Of a stretch of DNA of 64,000 nt, positions 25,389 through 41,483 are shown one piece after another. Each line of letters begins with the position of its first letter. Position 1 is the first letter of the stretch. The notes below the pieces were generated by a model, which was given only the letters and a program-made list of their open reading frames with translations, was not told the origin of the DNA and searched no databases. Position numbers and translations under genes: made by a program. Origin of the DNA: Eledone cirrhosa (taxonomy: Eukaryota); contig OZ024743.1 of assembly GCA_964016885.1 (NCBI GenBank), positions 201,934,001 to 201,998,000 on the forward strand. Direction: 5' to 3'.

Positions 25389-28300
25389 TTACAGACACAT
25401 ACTCAGAGAAGGCCCATTCATTCGGGCCATACTTGCTTCTCTCACCCATCTCTCAACAAAATGCTGGGAAGAGAGCACTTCCCTCTGTACCCTGATTTTC
25501 CTTTTCAAATGGAATTTGAAAAAAATAATTAGGGCATCACCGAAGAGGTTAGTGCTCGTCTTCAGCCCTTTCAAACGTGTCCACCATACTATCTCTTTCG
25601 CCATGGCCACCAGACAGATAAAAACTGCCTGCCCTTCCCGGCTAAAGGAAGAGGGCGGGGCAATCCTCACGATGGACTTAGCTGATAGCTGGATTCGTCC
25701 TACACGTGACAGCAGGTGTTCGACATAAACCCACAAGTCAGCAATGCTCGGACACTGGACGAGTGCGTGCAGGACCTTTTCGTCGCCCTGCGCGCATCTC
25801 GGACATGCCCGGCTGACGGCACCTCCGTGCCTGTAGAGTTTATCCCGAACTGGCAAAGCTCCCCTGTAGCACTGCCAGGCCAGGGATTTCTGGAAGTTGT
25901 CCATAGGCCCCGGCCCGAAAGTTCTTCCGAAGAGATTGGCTAGTTGATTTTCGTCGACGCCTAGAGTTTCTCCAAGTACGTCGTCGCTCTTCCCCCCCCC
26001 CCACTAAACCTCTATAAAACGCCAAGGTGGAGTTTCCACCGATCACATTGCCCGATTGGTTGAGGGCTGTGAGCGCCTGAAGACATTCCAGTCTCCAAGC
26101 GCTCCCACTCGGTCTTCGCTTGACCCAGGACTGCAGCTCCCTCAAGGAGACGAGCTGGGGAAAAATGTGTCTAGCAAACGACGACCACACCTGATCATCG
26201 TCGAGGAAGAGGTGGAGATGTCGTAGCATGAGCGCGTGTCTGCGCATCATCAGCCACGGCATGCCCAGCCCTCCATGTAGCGGGTGTTGACAGCAGATGG
26301 ACCGCCTGACCATCGGAGCGCGTCCCTTCCACAAGAAGCGAAAGAGCAAACGCTCCAGCGCAGTCAGGCGAGGCTTAGGACAAGGTACGACGGTCAGGCG
26401 GTAGTAGATGACGGACGCGATGTACGCGTTAGCCACCTCCGCTCGACCTTTCAGGGATAGTTTCCTCTCCGCCCATTTCTGGGTGAGAGAAGCCACCCTG
26501 CTCGTCACCTCGTCCCAGTTTTTGTCCGTCTGGAGGTCCGGACCGAACCAGACCCCTAGCAATTTAACCGGTCCGTCCGTCCAGCATCCGACGACGCTGT
26601 TGGACGGCATGGACCTGCCTCTCCAGGTGCCGAGCTGCAGGCCCACTGACTTTTCCTGGTTGATCATTGCTCCTGTCACCGCTTCGTATTCTCGTAGTGT
26701 AGTGCCGATCGCCTCGATGTGTTTGGCGTTCGACACCACTACGGTGACATCGTCCGCATATGCTGACACGGATCTTCCGCATCCTAGTTCGCGCGGGACG
26801 CGCCTCAACGTCTCCAGTTTGTGCAGTAATGGCTCGAGAGTCAATACGTACAAGAGGGACGAGAGGGGACATCCTTGCCAGACCGAGCGCATGATGTTGA
26901 ACGATTCCGACAGGTGACCGTTCACTCTCACCACAGAGCAGATGTCGCTGTGCATGGCAGCGATCCAGCCTCTGAAGACGGGCCCAAAGCCAGCCGCCTT
27001 CAGGACTGCCGCTAGGTAACGATGGTCGACCCTATCGAAAGCTTTCGACTGATATAAATTGATCAAGGACCCACCCGTGCCAGGTTCCTTAGCTACCCTC
27101 TCTACGATGTATCGCATGAGGTGGAGGTTGTCGTGGATGGATCTGTCGGGAATGGCGCATGTCTGCGCCTCTCCCACCAGACCACCAACGACAAGCGCGA
27201 ATCTCTTTGCTAGCACCTTGGCCAAAATCTTGAACTCTGTGTTTAGAAGAGTTATGGGCCGGAAATTATCTATGTTATCCCCCTTGTTCGGATCCTTTTT
27301 CAGCAGTGCCACCGCTCCTCGGCTCACAGAACTGGGAATTCTCCCGTTCTGTTTCCAGTTGCAGTAGACGTCCGCAAAGAGGCCTCCGAACAGGTCTGGC
27401 ATCTGTACGTAAAGTTCATAGGGCAGACCATCCAAACCAGGCGATTTACCCCTTGTGAAGCCAGTCATTGCCTCCCTTACTTCAGCGGCTGTTATCGGCT
27501 TTTCGCAACACCTCGCCTCAGTGGCCGAGAGCCGCGGCAGTCCGTCGAAGTAGACACTAAAGACCATCCCTCGACCCGGCCCACCGCTGCCCCCGAACAG
27601 CTGAGCGAATTGTCGCTGAAAAGTTTCACACATTTGCCCGGGATCGAGTAGCATGCGCCCGTCGTGGTCCACCAAAGACCGGATCGTGGCTTTGTTGTCA
27701 CGACGCGCCTCCGCCACTCGGGCCCATTGAACGGCTTTCGTCCCCTCGTGTCTGAGAGCACGCACCCTCGCTCTGACAACGCAGCCTTCGTGCTTTGCAT
27801 TGAAGAATTGGTCAAGGGCCAATTTCGCCGCAAGCACGTCGGTCGCAATGCCTTTGCTAAGCGCCTCGTCTAATTTTCTAACTAGTTCTCCCTCTGCTCT
27901 ATTTTTCTCTATTGCTAAAGCCTTACTAAACCTAATGGATTCTATTCTAATCGCTCTTTTCAGAGCAAACCACCACTTGTTGTTGACGATGGCCCCCGTC
28001 AACGCCCGCTTAACTAGTTCGCTAATCCGGTCTCTGTAGGCCTTGCGCGCTGGTAAGGACGCGTTTAGCTTCCAGTAGCCGGGTCCTCGTCTAAGAAGCC
28101 TATCTAATTCAAGCACACAGATCACGAATTTGTGGTCCGTGTAGCTGACTATCTTGAATTGTGGACAGCCTATTCTAGACCTATCTATTTCCCTACAAAA
28201 TACTCTATCTAGATATGATCTGGATGACCCTATGCGATTTGTCCAAGTCCACATTAGCACATTCGGGAAATCCAATCGGTACCTGTCAGACAGTTAAAAA

Positions 28301-28811
28301 CGCCTGAGCAGGTTGGTGAGGCTCTTGCACCCTCCCACCCTATCCGCTAATCCCACACTGTCCCAGCGTGCATCTAAGATCCCGTTCCAGTCGCCCACTA
28401 ACACTAAAGAGCAGGACGTTCCAAGAAAGGTCTCCAGACGCCGGAAGAAATCAGGCCGCCCGGCTCCTGTCGGGCCGTAGACGGCCACTAGCCTCAAAGC
28501 TTGCCCGTCTCCGCTGGTCACGTCCAGCACCACCAGCTTACCCTCTGGGTCCAGGAAGATGGCCCGTATGGCGAGATCCAAACCTCTCCGAAAAAGCACA
28601 GCAACTCCTCCCCCCGATCCAGGACGGCTGGGAGATGCGTACACATCGTAGCCGCCAAAGTCGGTGCGAAGGCCCGTGCTTCGGAGATTCTGGTCTCGCT
28701 GATGGCCACTACATCTATGTTTAGTGACCTGAGGTCGTTGAGCAGGTGACCCTGCTTCCATGACGACCCCAAGCCACGCGCATTTATGCTGCCTATTCTG
28801 AGTGAGGTCAT
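25389..28811 (-). pseudogene. Tx1/L1 ORF2: apurinic endonuclease, reverse transcriptase, C-terminal Cys/His finger; about 3 frameshifts
   Basis: IGSINARGL, ISET, LVGDWN, SYLDRVF, TDHK, GPGYWKLN, KSPGLDGLP, FRPITLLN, QGCPLS, AYADDVT, CPRC..HALVQC, split over four ORFs. Confidence 0.93.
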
Positions 28812-28846
28812 GTTTAAAATAGAGTGGAAAAGATGGGAAAGACCAC

Positions 28847-30956
28847 TTACCGTACTTTTGGTAGAGGAGGGATGGTTTTTACATCCCTTTTCACTTGATC
28901 GTCTGGTGAAGGGACCGTTGAATCGTCCCTTCGGCTGGTCGTCGGCTCTTCTAAGAGAATGTCTGAATATACTCTTCGATTGATAGTTCCTCCTAGGTCC
29001 CTGAAATCACCAACTGCGTTGGGGAATTTCGTTTTAATGTTTGTGTATTGTTTCTGTGCTATTTTTAGCAGTCTTATGTTAGTTGGCGTTTTGATTGGTG
29101 CTGGTATTATGTAGTCGTGTTGTGAAATGTCTGTGTGTTTAATTATGTAAGTCATTAGTTTCTTGTTGTGTGTATTTATTGCCGTGCATTTGTTTTTCTG
29201 GGGGTGGGGTGTGGTTCTGCTATTTTCTTGTCGTTGTTGCTGGGTGTGTGTGTTTTGTTGTTGTGTTTGCGATGTTGGTGCTTGTGGTGGTGGTGTTGAA
29301 GGTGTTGTTGGCGGTGGGGTTGTCGCCGGTGGTGATGGTGGTGCTAGTGTGGGTGGTGATGGTGTTGGTGGTATTGCTGCTGTGGGTCTCTTTGCAGTAG
29401 ACTTTACCCTTTTCTCATTTCTTTCCTCCCTTTTCAAAGGCGACGATGCGCTGCTTCTGCGTTTGTGCCTTCTTACGACCTTTTGCCATCTCTCTCCCAC
29501 CTCACACTCCATGTCTGATTCTGTGAGGTCGGGGAGGGGTACCAGCTCCACTCTTTCACTTGTTATTGTTGGTGATGTTTGCACTGGAGTCTCTGTTGCA
29601 GCTGCATTTGGTATTGCTGTTGTTGTTAATATTTCCACTGCTGCTGCTGTTTTTGATTTCCGTGGAGTGGGTATGGGTGCCACGGACCTATCGTTCCTGG
29701 TTGCCGCTCGTCCTGTTGCTGGTAGCCGTGGAGCCGGTTTCGGAAGGAGGGGGGTTTTCTCCTTTCTCAGGGTCTTCTCGTTGCAGAAGGCCCTGAGGTG
29801 AGTCTTCGATCCACAGCGAAAGCATTTCGGGCATTTTCCCTCAACACTTATGGGCAGTTGAGTGCCGTTATCGAAGTCTATCACATCCGGGATTGCTTCG
29901 ATGCACTCCTGGTTGGTTTGGATTAGCATCTCAATGGAGGTGCCGACCCAATCTTCTCTTACTTTTTTCTGTACTTGCAGTACAGTTGTTTTGTCCTCGA
30001 TTCCGACGAGGACAGACGCGGCCAGCCAAGAAGGGGCCATCCGGGGGGGGGGGGGGGGGACGTGGGTCAGTTTGACCCTCACAATTATTTTGCCCGCAGT
30101 AGGAGGGCACCAACACCATTTCCTCGCTCCTTAGGGTCACTACGGATTGGGCCTTTGCCTCCTGGGGTGTGGCAAAAAGTACGTCTACGGTGGCATATTT
30201 TTTGCCTCGGGTGATGTGCGTTTTCCGCTGCCACACAGACCCCAAGGCTCTTTGTATTTGAGCCTCTGTGGCTCTTTCCACCCTACGGGATTTTGTACTT
30301 ACTGTACGGTACGTGACCGTACAGTGCTGTTGGGTTTCGAAAAATTTTTCCGCTGCCTTGCAGATTGCTCGGTGTCCAGTCTTTGTCACCATCTTCTTCG
30401 CTTCCTCTAATTCCTCATTTGTTATGAGGATTGTTTCCAAGTTTTTCGCAATACCTGCAAATGAGATTGGTTTTTCTTTGCTGCTGTTGTTGTTGTTGTC
30501 GTCAGAGCTGCTGTTACTTTTGTTGTTGCTGCAGGTACTACGACTACTGCCTCCGCCGCTGTTGCTGTGGTTGTTGTTGGTGTTGCTGCTGCTCATGCTG
30601 TTGTTGTTTATGCTGCTGGTGATGCTGTTGCGGCTGTTACTGTTGTTTTCATTGTCACTGTTGCTGTTGTTATTACGGCTGCTACTGCTATTATTCCTGA
30701 AGTCAGACGAATGAACTGGGTTTTCGTATTTCCCGCACACCTGTTTCGTCGCTGTCGTCGTTGTCGTGGAGAAACCTTGCACGCTTTGCACGAGACTTTT
30801 CTTTTCTTTCGTCGTTTGCGAAAGAGAAGGGAGGTAGAGAGACACATTTAAAGAAGGGAGGGAGAGAGACAATCTTCTCTCTGCTGTAGTGATGATTGAG
30901 GAAGAAGAAGACGGAATGAGAGGGAGTGACCTATGAAATTTCTTTTTCGTAGCCAT
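28847..30956 (-). pseudogene. Tx1 ORF1 (gag-like) with zinc knuckle; frameshift at or near the G-run ~30043-30059
   Basis: Asn/Ser-rich N terminus, ISFAGIAK motif, CFRCGSKTHLRAFC (CX2CX4HX4C), WQKVVRR, Pro/Thr-rich tail; lies directly upstream of ORF2. Confidence 0.85.
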
Positions 30957-33129
30957 GTTGTTTTTTTTTGTTTAAAATAAATATTGGGTACAAAACCCCA
31001 ATAAGCAGTTATTTAACCCCGAAGGGCCAAATAACGGGCAGAAAGACCCCTCTCACGAGGAGGAGGGTGTTTTTGTCTACAAGTTCGTTAAAGTTTTAAA
31101 CAATTTACAATTGTTATAGTGTTCAAAATTTACAATACCTTACAGAGCCGAGCCTCCGTCAACCATAGCATTCAATAATAATAATAATAATAATAATAAG
31201 AAGAAGAAGAACGTATTAAATCTATTATTTTTGAATAAGCGAAAGCTGTTTTGAGATATGTATGGCATCAGTTCAATTCTCACAGCCCTTCTTTATCTTC
31301 AGAAATGTCTCGTAGATAAAGCACATTGAGATTTGTGTCAATAAAAGAAAATATTGCAATCGTTTTAGTGTAAAATGTCATAAATATGCATTATTAACAA
31401 AGTCTGGTGTGGATATGTAAGTCAAAATAATGTAAATATTGCAATTGAAATACTCACGCACACACACGCACGTGCACACACACACTCACATGCACACATA
31501 CCCTCTCCATATATATAGAATATCTCTCCCTCAAATGTTTATATTTCATTGATATAGTTAATTTCCACTCAGATATAGCATATCATCTATAACGAGTAAC
31601 GGGAATGCTTCTACATGGTTGCTTAATCTACTAGGACGGCCAAACATATCTTCTTCAAAGCACATCCATTATTGCCTTATGACAGTGGAAACATTGGATA
31701 ACATAGATCGTGATATACTAAAATAATAGTCTATTTATCTTCAGAAAACAAAGAGAGAATGAGGGAATAAACCTGACTGCAACGCTTTTGGTCGTATACT
31801 TCCTACCCAGGGTTAATTTGGAGCTAAATCAACAACAATACTAGTTATACAGATACAACGAGGTAGCATCTACATGGTTGCTAGCAATAGTAGCCACATC
31901 CCTCTATTGTCTCTAATATTGAGGGATATACTAGATAAGTGTCTCCCAGATGCAATATTGCTGAAAAGAAAATACAAAACACTGGATCGTCATCGCTGAA
32001 ATCTTTTGGTGAAACGTCAGCTCAGTAAGGTTTGATTTGGGTCTAACTAAGAACAAAAACAACAAAAAACCGTTAGTAGTAAAATTCCTACCTAGTAGAT
32101 AATGAAAACCACGTACACATTGAATGCACTCTACAAAAACCTTGTTTAGAATAAATCAAATGCTAGTTAATAACAGATATACAAATAATTTAGTAGATCC
32201 AGAAAAAATTCAAAACATAACTATAGCCGACAACACCGAATGAAAACCAAATACACTTTAGTTATTTAACAATGCAACACAACATGCATTGCATCCAATT
32301 ATAAACTTGTATCAATAATATATTACAAATCACAGATATTAAAATCGCTTCATTAAGAGCAGCCCACACTCCTGCGAACCTGCATACCGTTGAATAAACT
32401 TTAAACGGCAAATAAAATTGAGAAAATCGATTGTAAACATGGACAATGTAAACAATTATGATTCTAGCTTTACACGTTATAGATTTATATATTTATATAT
32501 TTATTCCTGTTTACTTTATATACTAATTTCTGAAGAATAGCATCGTTGGTTTTCGATTGGACCTCCATCAGTTTCGACGATATGTTCTCAAGTTCTTCGG
32601 TCAATGGAACAACGTATTCGTTAAATGAAAATATTTCACAGACACATGTGTACCCATAAAGATGAGAGAGATGCAGAATATCACATTGTGAAACAAGGCT
32701 GATTCTTTGAAATATTGGAACGACTCATCAAACAGATGTCCAAACAACGTATTTCAGACTGCGGAAACAATTCTGAAATGCACAAGAGAAAAAGTACAAT
32801 TGAACGATTGCTATTGTTATTGTTTAGCTTTAGATTCAACTTTGTTTGGCTAGTCTAATGATTAAACATACCAGCTATGAACATAGTGTCGGTTTATTTC
32901 AGATGTCGTGATTCTAGGACTATAATTCTGCAACGTCTCCTTCCTCAAATATAGAGTGCGTTGTGAGGGAGATGTGTCTGCTTTTCTAGAGGATTGGATG
33001 ACTGAATAGTATTCCCCTCGTTACAACAAGAAAATACTTATACCCACTGCAACTACAGTTATCTCACCGGAGAAAGAACGCCAATGTCTTGAAATTAACT
33101 TTGTATAAAATACTAGTATTATTTTTATT

Positions 33130-33310
33130 TGGCAGTATCGGGAGAGAGTCAGACACCATGCTTTGACGCATAGAGTTACGGCCCTTGCCATTCTGAGTTT
33201 AAATCCCGCCGAGGTTAACTTTGCCTTTCATCCTTACGGGGTCGATAAAATAAAGTACCAGTAATGCGCTGGGTAATTGCTGGCCTTGTGCCAAAAGTAG
33301 AAACAATTAT
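33130..33310 (+). mobile_element. SINE, same family as 60979-61160 and 52830-52910
   Basis: TTCTGAGTTTAAATCCCGCCGAGGTTAACTTTGCCTTTCATCCTTACGGGGTCGATAAAATAAAGTACCAGT with B-box-like GAGTTCRAATC; recognised from memory as an abundant Octopus repeat. Confidence 0.75.
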
Positions 33311-34506
33311 TTTTATATACAGTCTGTCATTCAAATGTTCCACAAACTCGGATCACATCTTCTAAATTAACATGTTCTTGTGTTTTCTCTGTTCATTTAG
33401 CATATTCATTAGTTCATCGCTGGATATTCGAAGGAACTTTATATTCATGTAGTCGCAGAAGGAGCTGAAATTCTGGAATTTGGACTCGTTTCTTTTTCAT
33501 TTCTTTATCTTTGGGTTTTTTCTTTGTTTGCGCCGATATTTTTGCACACCTCCCCATCATTCATCACTATCCATCATTTTTGCACACCTCCCCATCATTT
33601 TATCACTATCGTTATGGAATAATGAGGTAGCTGAACTGACTATGACCTTTGGCTGGCTCAGAAATAAAGATAGGATCCCTGAGCGTTTTGATAACTATCT
33701 ACTTGTGCATAACACGAGGTGATATCTTTCACTGTCCTTGGAATTGTCACAGGTGGAAGCCTGGGGACTGTGATGTCCTGCAGATATATCATTATCATTG
33801 CCTCTGCTGATGTCTGCTGCCTTCATGACCGTTCAAAAATTTGATCTTTCGGAAATATAGCTCTCAAGAGGCTCTTACTGTAACACTATAGCATCTTATT
33901 TTTGCTTTCTTTTCTTCTTCCATGATAGAGTAAGGATCCGGGATTATATTATTTTAGTTGGGTTTCTTCAAATCCTGTGTGCCAATGAAGACTCCACTCA
34001 CTACGTGTGACGTTTTACATCAGTACTCACCTCCTGTCATATTGTTCAGCAAAAGTGATAACGAGTCAAGGGTAAATGTTTGTGCCAATGTATATGGCTG
34101 TAAACTTGGTTTTACCTCCTCAAATACTGCGATATCAGCCTTCAGCATGTATGTGGAGCATTAGCTAATTATATCCGCTTGTTCAGTTGCCATATTTCTT
34201 CTCTATTATTCATTCTTTAAAACAAAAAAATCGTAATATTTGTTTGTTTGCGAGAGAGCACATTAGTGAAAGCCATATTCACAAATATTTTTTTAATTTT
34301 CTTCCAAAATGTAAAATGTCTCCCCACCGTCTCCCTAATCTAGCTAAAACACAAAAGAGAAGACACCTCATCTCATTATATAACGGTTCCTTAAAAAACA
34401 TAAGAACAAAAATATCCAACTTGGAAAGTAAGCCGATAGTTTTTTCAAAATCTCACTAATATCTGTAAAACACGCATTTCACTAGAAACAACAACAACTA
34501 CTACTG

Positions 34507-34627
<121 letters not shown>

Positions 34628-34659
34628 CATTTTGATTATCGTTATTCTTATTATTATTC

Positions 34660-35720
34660 CTAAGAGTTTAGTTCTGGCAGACGCTATACCAAAAGAGCGA
34701 GCCACAGCCAATGGCCATAGGTCCTTTGGGTCATTCCTTCTCCTTCAACTTTCCAACACCCTTTTTAGAATCCTTGCTGTTCTTAGTAAGGCTGATTCTG
34801 CAATAATCATGTCTTGATGGTAATTTCTAGCTTCTTGAGCCATGCACCTAACCTTTTACTAACTGCTCCTAGTGCACCGACCACAAACGGTACAACTTCT
34901 ACGTGTCTGACTATCCACAAATTCCTGATTTCTCTCTTCAGCTCCTGGTATTTCTTAACATTCTCAGTTTCCTTTCATCCACCCTGTGGTCCCACGGTGA
35001 AGCACTATCCAAAATATATGCCTTGTTATTCTTCTTTTCTACAACTACATTGTCAGGCTGTCTAGCCACAATAAAATGGTCGCACTGGATGGTTATGTAC
35101 CACAAGATCTTATACTGTTCATTTTCTGCCACCCTTTCTGCTCATGTCATACTTATGAAAGAGCTTCCAATGAACTAATCCTACAGTTTTGTCGTATCTT
35201 CTCTTGTATTCTTACTAAGCGAGCATCTTATATTCACTAATGATGTGGTTTATTGTCTCACCTTTCTAACCATACAGCCTACAAAGTGGGAAATTCACTG
35301 ATTTGTCAATATTGAACGTGATATAGTTCATCCTCAGTGCCTGTTCCTATGATGCCAAATATGGTCCTCAGTTTCAACTTTTAAGTCCTAGTCCATTCCC
35401 AGTTGCTATCTTTCTATTCCAGGCATTTCAGATACGAATTGACCATACATTTGTTTTTTCCATCTATTCAATGTGTCATTCTGTCTGTCTTGTTTAAATT
35501 CTCCCTTTTCCTTTGCTTCATCACTGTTTAGCATATTTATCTTTCTTACTCCTGCCCTCAATCTTTCCTTTGAATTATTTACATACTATGCCAGCTTATT
35601 TTCCACCGACATCACATGCATTTCACAGCTAATGATTCCCCTTCCTTCTGTCTGTCGTGATAGATGCCGCCTGATTTACAGATCTCCAATATACCAGCAA
35701 TCCTCCTATTGAATCTCCCA
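34660..35720 (-). mobile_element. Degenerate 5'-truncated Dong/R4-type LINE (RLE domain remnant)
   Basis: ENEQYKILWYITIQCDHFIVARQPDNVVVEKKNNKAYILD..PWDHRVDE parallels the RLE of the 8598 ORF; 3' end abuts TTATTATT. Confidence 0.8.
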
Positions 35721-37246
35721 AAATCCTGAACTTATATATGTTGATTATGGTGATGTTGATAATGACGATGGTGGGGATTTTAATCAGGGTAATGATGAGT
35801 AATAAAGGTGTGTTGCAGTGGGGGCGCCGTTGTGGCAAGGTGTGTCAAGTCTTCAGTCATTAAATTTAGTAAAATCAACGATGAACGTCCGCAACAATGA
35901 CTGTTATGTTGCACCTTCTCATATACAGCGGCAGCAGCCTGTGAATAGGTTTGTGACACTGTCTTCGTCAGCCACCTCACCTGATTCTTTTTATTAAACA
36001 CCAAATTGCAGGTGTTCAAACGCTCTGACCTCTTTGATGGAGCAAATTAAGTGGCATAGATCAACCAGGAGTACTTTCAACAACTCCTTTATAGTAGAGA
36101 AATCACAGTTGTGTAATTTTCCTCCTTCCACGTTTCTCGGCAAAATACCCTGGCGAGGAAGCATTGTCTTTTTGAAAACCCTGTAAGCCCTTTCCTCTGT
36201 TGTGATTTCAGTCAGCTGAGGCTTGCACAGCGCTTCCCTTCGGCTCACAACGATCGTAGAGCTGTTATTGTTACCTTTACTATTTATATAATGAAAGCTT
36301 TCGCTATATTTTCCATTTGTATTTGTTAATTTGCTAATAACTGTTTGTTTATTCAATTGTTCTGCTATTTTTCTCTTTGGCTCTTTTGTTCTATCCGTAT
36401 ATTTTTTCAAATTGTGTCTTTGAGGGTTGTATACGTTGCCACAACGATTGTGTCTATCTTCCCACTTTTGCAGAGATAACCTTATTAAATTATGAGTAAA
36501 CAATATCTAAAACAAACCTTACTTCCGAACACAAAGTAATAGCGTATGGACTCTATTATCCGAAAGCAAAACAAAAGTCCTTACAGAAAAACAAGCCGTT
36601 TTTCATCAATGTTAACGTAGAACAATCCACATTTCTCCCGTAGCGTTACAGTAAAGTAAAAATAAAAGTTAAAATAAAAATAATTCAAATATTTTATTTC
36701 ATTTATTATTTGCTTAATTATTCAACATGCTCGATAAATAATATTATCAATTTTAACATTTATCCAAAATTATAAGTATTGCAGTTGTCATCGCTACCAT
36801 CCCCAGCACCAGCACATCTACCCCCCCCCAATATCACCACCATTTCTCCCCAGCCCCAGCACCAAAACCACCATCATCATCATCCTCATCTTCATTATTA
36901 TCATCATTTTTAAAAATGTTTATTTAATTTACATATGTGCTAATCACATAACATATCGTTGCTGAGGGGCTAAAGTGATCGTTAATGTGAAATGCCAGAT
37001 TGTAAATTAAAACACACACACACGCGTGTATATACACACATACACACGTGTATAGGCACACACACACACAGACCCGTGTATATACACACTCACACGGGCG
37101 CGCACACACACACGTGTATATACACACACACGTGTATACACACACGTGTATACACACACACACGTGTATATACACACACACACGTGTATACACAAACGCG
37201 CGCACACACACACATATATATACACATACGTGTGTGTATTTATATA

Positions 37247-37298
<52 letters not shown>

Positions 37299-37300
37299 TA

Positions 37301-37528
37301 TGGCCAAAGTAAATGGAAACAACAAGCACACCAATACATTGCAGTGAAGAAATATATAAGTTTAACCCTTGATTTAGTGGGGAAAATATCTTAACGTTTT
37401 GGAAGCTAGGCAATCATCGGGTTTTCGAGAATTGAAAGAAGAAATAAAAAAAAGAGTGAGAAGGTAAAGACAAGGAAAATATCTTTGCGACTCGAGCTCT
37501 GCCGTCGGGGTCTTGAACAATTTCCTAT
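37301..37528 (+). mobile_element. Short insertion ending in an F4-like terminus
   Basis: GAGCTCTGCCGTCGGGGTC..TTTCCTATA matches the F4 end; flanked by (TA)n; upstream part diverged. Confidence 0.55.
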
Positions 37529-37572
37529 ATATATATATCCATATATACCCATTCATCCATGCATACTAATGT

Positions 37573-37677
<105 letters not shown>

Positions 37678-37683
37678 TATATT

Positions 37684-37743
37684 AGTTTCAGAAGATCCCG
37701 TTAAGGGTGAAAGCAGCGATTCTTTGCTTAAACTTTAATCTGT
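37684..37743 (+). ncRNA. Isolated F5 hammerhead-like motif (U4A), ~75 bp insertion in (TA)n
   Basis: AGTTT-CAGAAGA-TCCC GTTAA GGGT-GAAA GCAGCGATTCTTTGC TT-AAACT. Confidence 0.7.
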
Positions 37744-38059
37744 TATTTTAATAAATATATATATATATATATAATATATATATATATATATAAATGTAAA
37801 CGGAAAAAATGAAGCGAAATTTCATTTCCCACTCTTAGTACGGCTGTTACTTAAATATAAGTATGTACACGTACATACATATATGCATACAGACGTACAG
37901 TAGTATGTACATATATATACATGCACACATATATATATGCACGTATGGATTCACCGAACATTTATTATAATGCTCGGTGTGTTTGTAAACAAACATCCCG
38001 TATTAAGCCGTAGTGTCTAGCAACCACCGTTCCTCGTTTGTTCAACACTGACAAAGGAA

Positions 38060-38100
38060 CGTTGTACTAGTTTCAAGTTTATTAGCTATCGTCAGCAACG
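38060..38100 (-). ncRNA. Minimal type I hammerhead ribozyme, family F7
   Basis: CGTTG-CTGACGA-TAGCT AATA AACTT-GAAAC TA GTA-CAACG. Confidence 0.82.
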
Positions 38101-38483
38101 TATACCTTCCTGCCAGATTGTTGAACGTATATACTTACCTTATGCATATTACCGGCTGAGTAGCCCAATTTGCATATCGAGTGGGTTAATCGGCCAAGTG
38201 CACCAAAAACGATAAACGGAAAAAATGAAATGAAATATCATTTCCCACTCTTAGTACGGCTGTTACTTAAATATAAGTATGTACACGTACATAGATATAT
38301 GTATACAGACGTATAGTAGTATGTATATATATATACATACATGCACACATATATATATATATGCACGTATGGATTCACCGAACACTTATTATAATGCTCG
38401 GTGTGTTTGTAAACAAACATCCCGTATTAAGACGTAGTGTCTAGCAACCATCGTTGCTCATTTGTTCAACACTGACAAAGGAA

Positions 38484-38524
38484 CGCTGTACTAGTTTCAA
38501 GCTTATTAGCTATCGTCAGCAACG
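38484..38524 (-). ncRNA. Minimal type I hammerhead ribozyme, family F7
   Basis: CGTTG-CTGACGA-T AGCT AATA AGCT T-GAAAC TA GTA-CAGCG; palindromic stem III ACTAGT. Confidence 0.87.
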
Positions 38525-38669
38525 TATACCTTCCTGCCAGATTGTTGAATGTATATACTTACCTTATGCATATTAACGGCTGAGTAGCCCAATTTGCGTA
38601 TCGAGTGGGTTAATCGGCCGGGTGCACCGAAAATGATAAACGGAAAAAATATAATATAATATAAATATA

Positions 38670-38729
<60 letters not shown>

Positions 38730-38744
38730 TATATTTATATTATA

Positions 38745-41420
<2,676 letters not shown>

Positions 41421-41435
41421 CCTCTACCCGACCTC

Positions 41436-41482
<47 letters not shown>

Positions 41483-41483
<1 letters not shown>

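Larger units (their letters stand above)
25147..31173 (-). mobile_element. Full-length Tx1/L1-clade LINE inserted in an (ATT)n tract
   Basis: 5' UTR, ORF1, ORF2 (APE-RT-Zn finger) and 3' UTR ending TAATAAAGAAAAC; (AAT)n at 25102-25146 and 31174-31199. Confidence 0.93.
37797..38650 (-). mobile_element. Retrozyme-like tandem dimer: two ~420 bp non-coding units, each with a hammerhead (family F7)
   Basis: Unit marker TAAACGGAAAAAAT at 37797, 38213 and 38637; no ORF; (TA)n flanks. Confidence 0.85.

Noticed and set aside
26408-30851. Plus-strand ORFs overlapping the Tx1 element, and likewise the Dong element
   Set aside because: Antisense shadows of GC-richer coding sequence.
35780-36503. 169 aa and 79 aa minus-strand ORFs
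   Set aside because: No recognisable motif or splice support; possibly a decayed TE 5' region, but I cannot support a call.
37010-37235. Regularly spaced ACACGTGTAT repeats as a CRISPR-like array
   Set aside because: Spacers are CA/TA repeats, the DNA is eukaryotic and there are no cas genes; this is a compound microsatellite.
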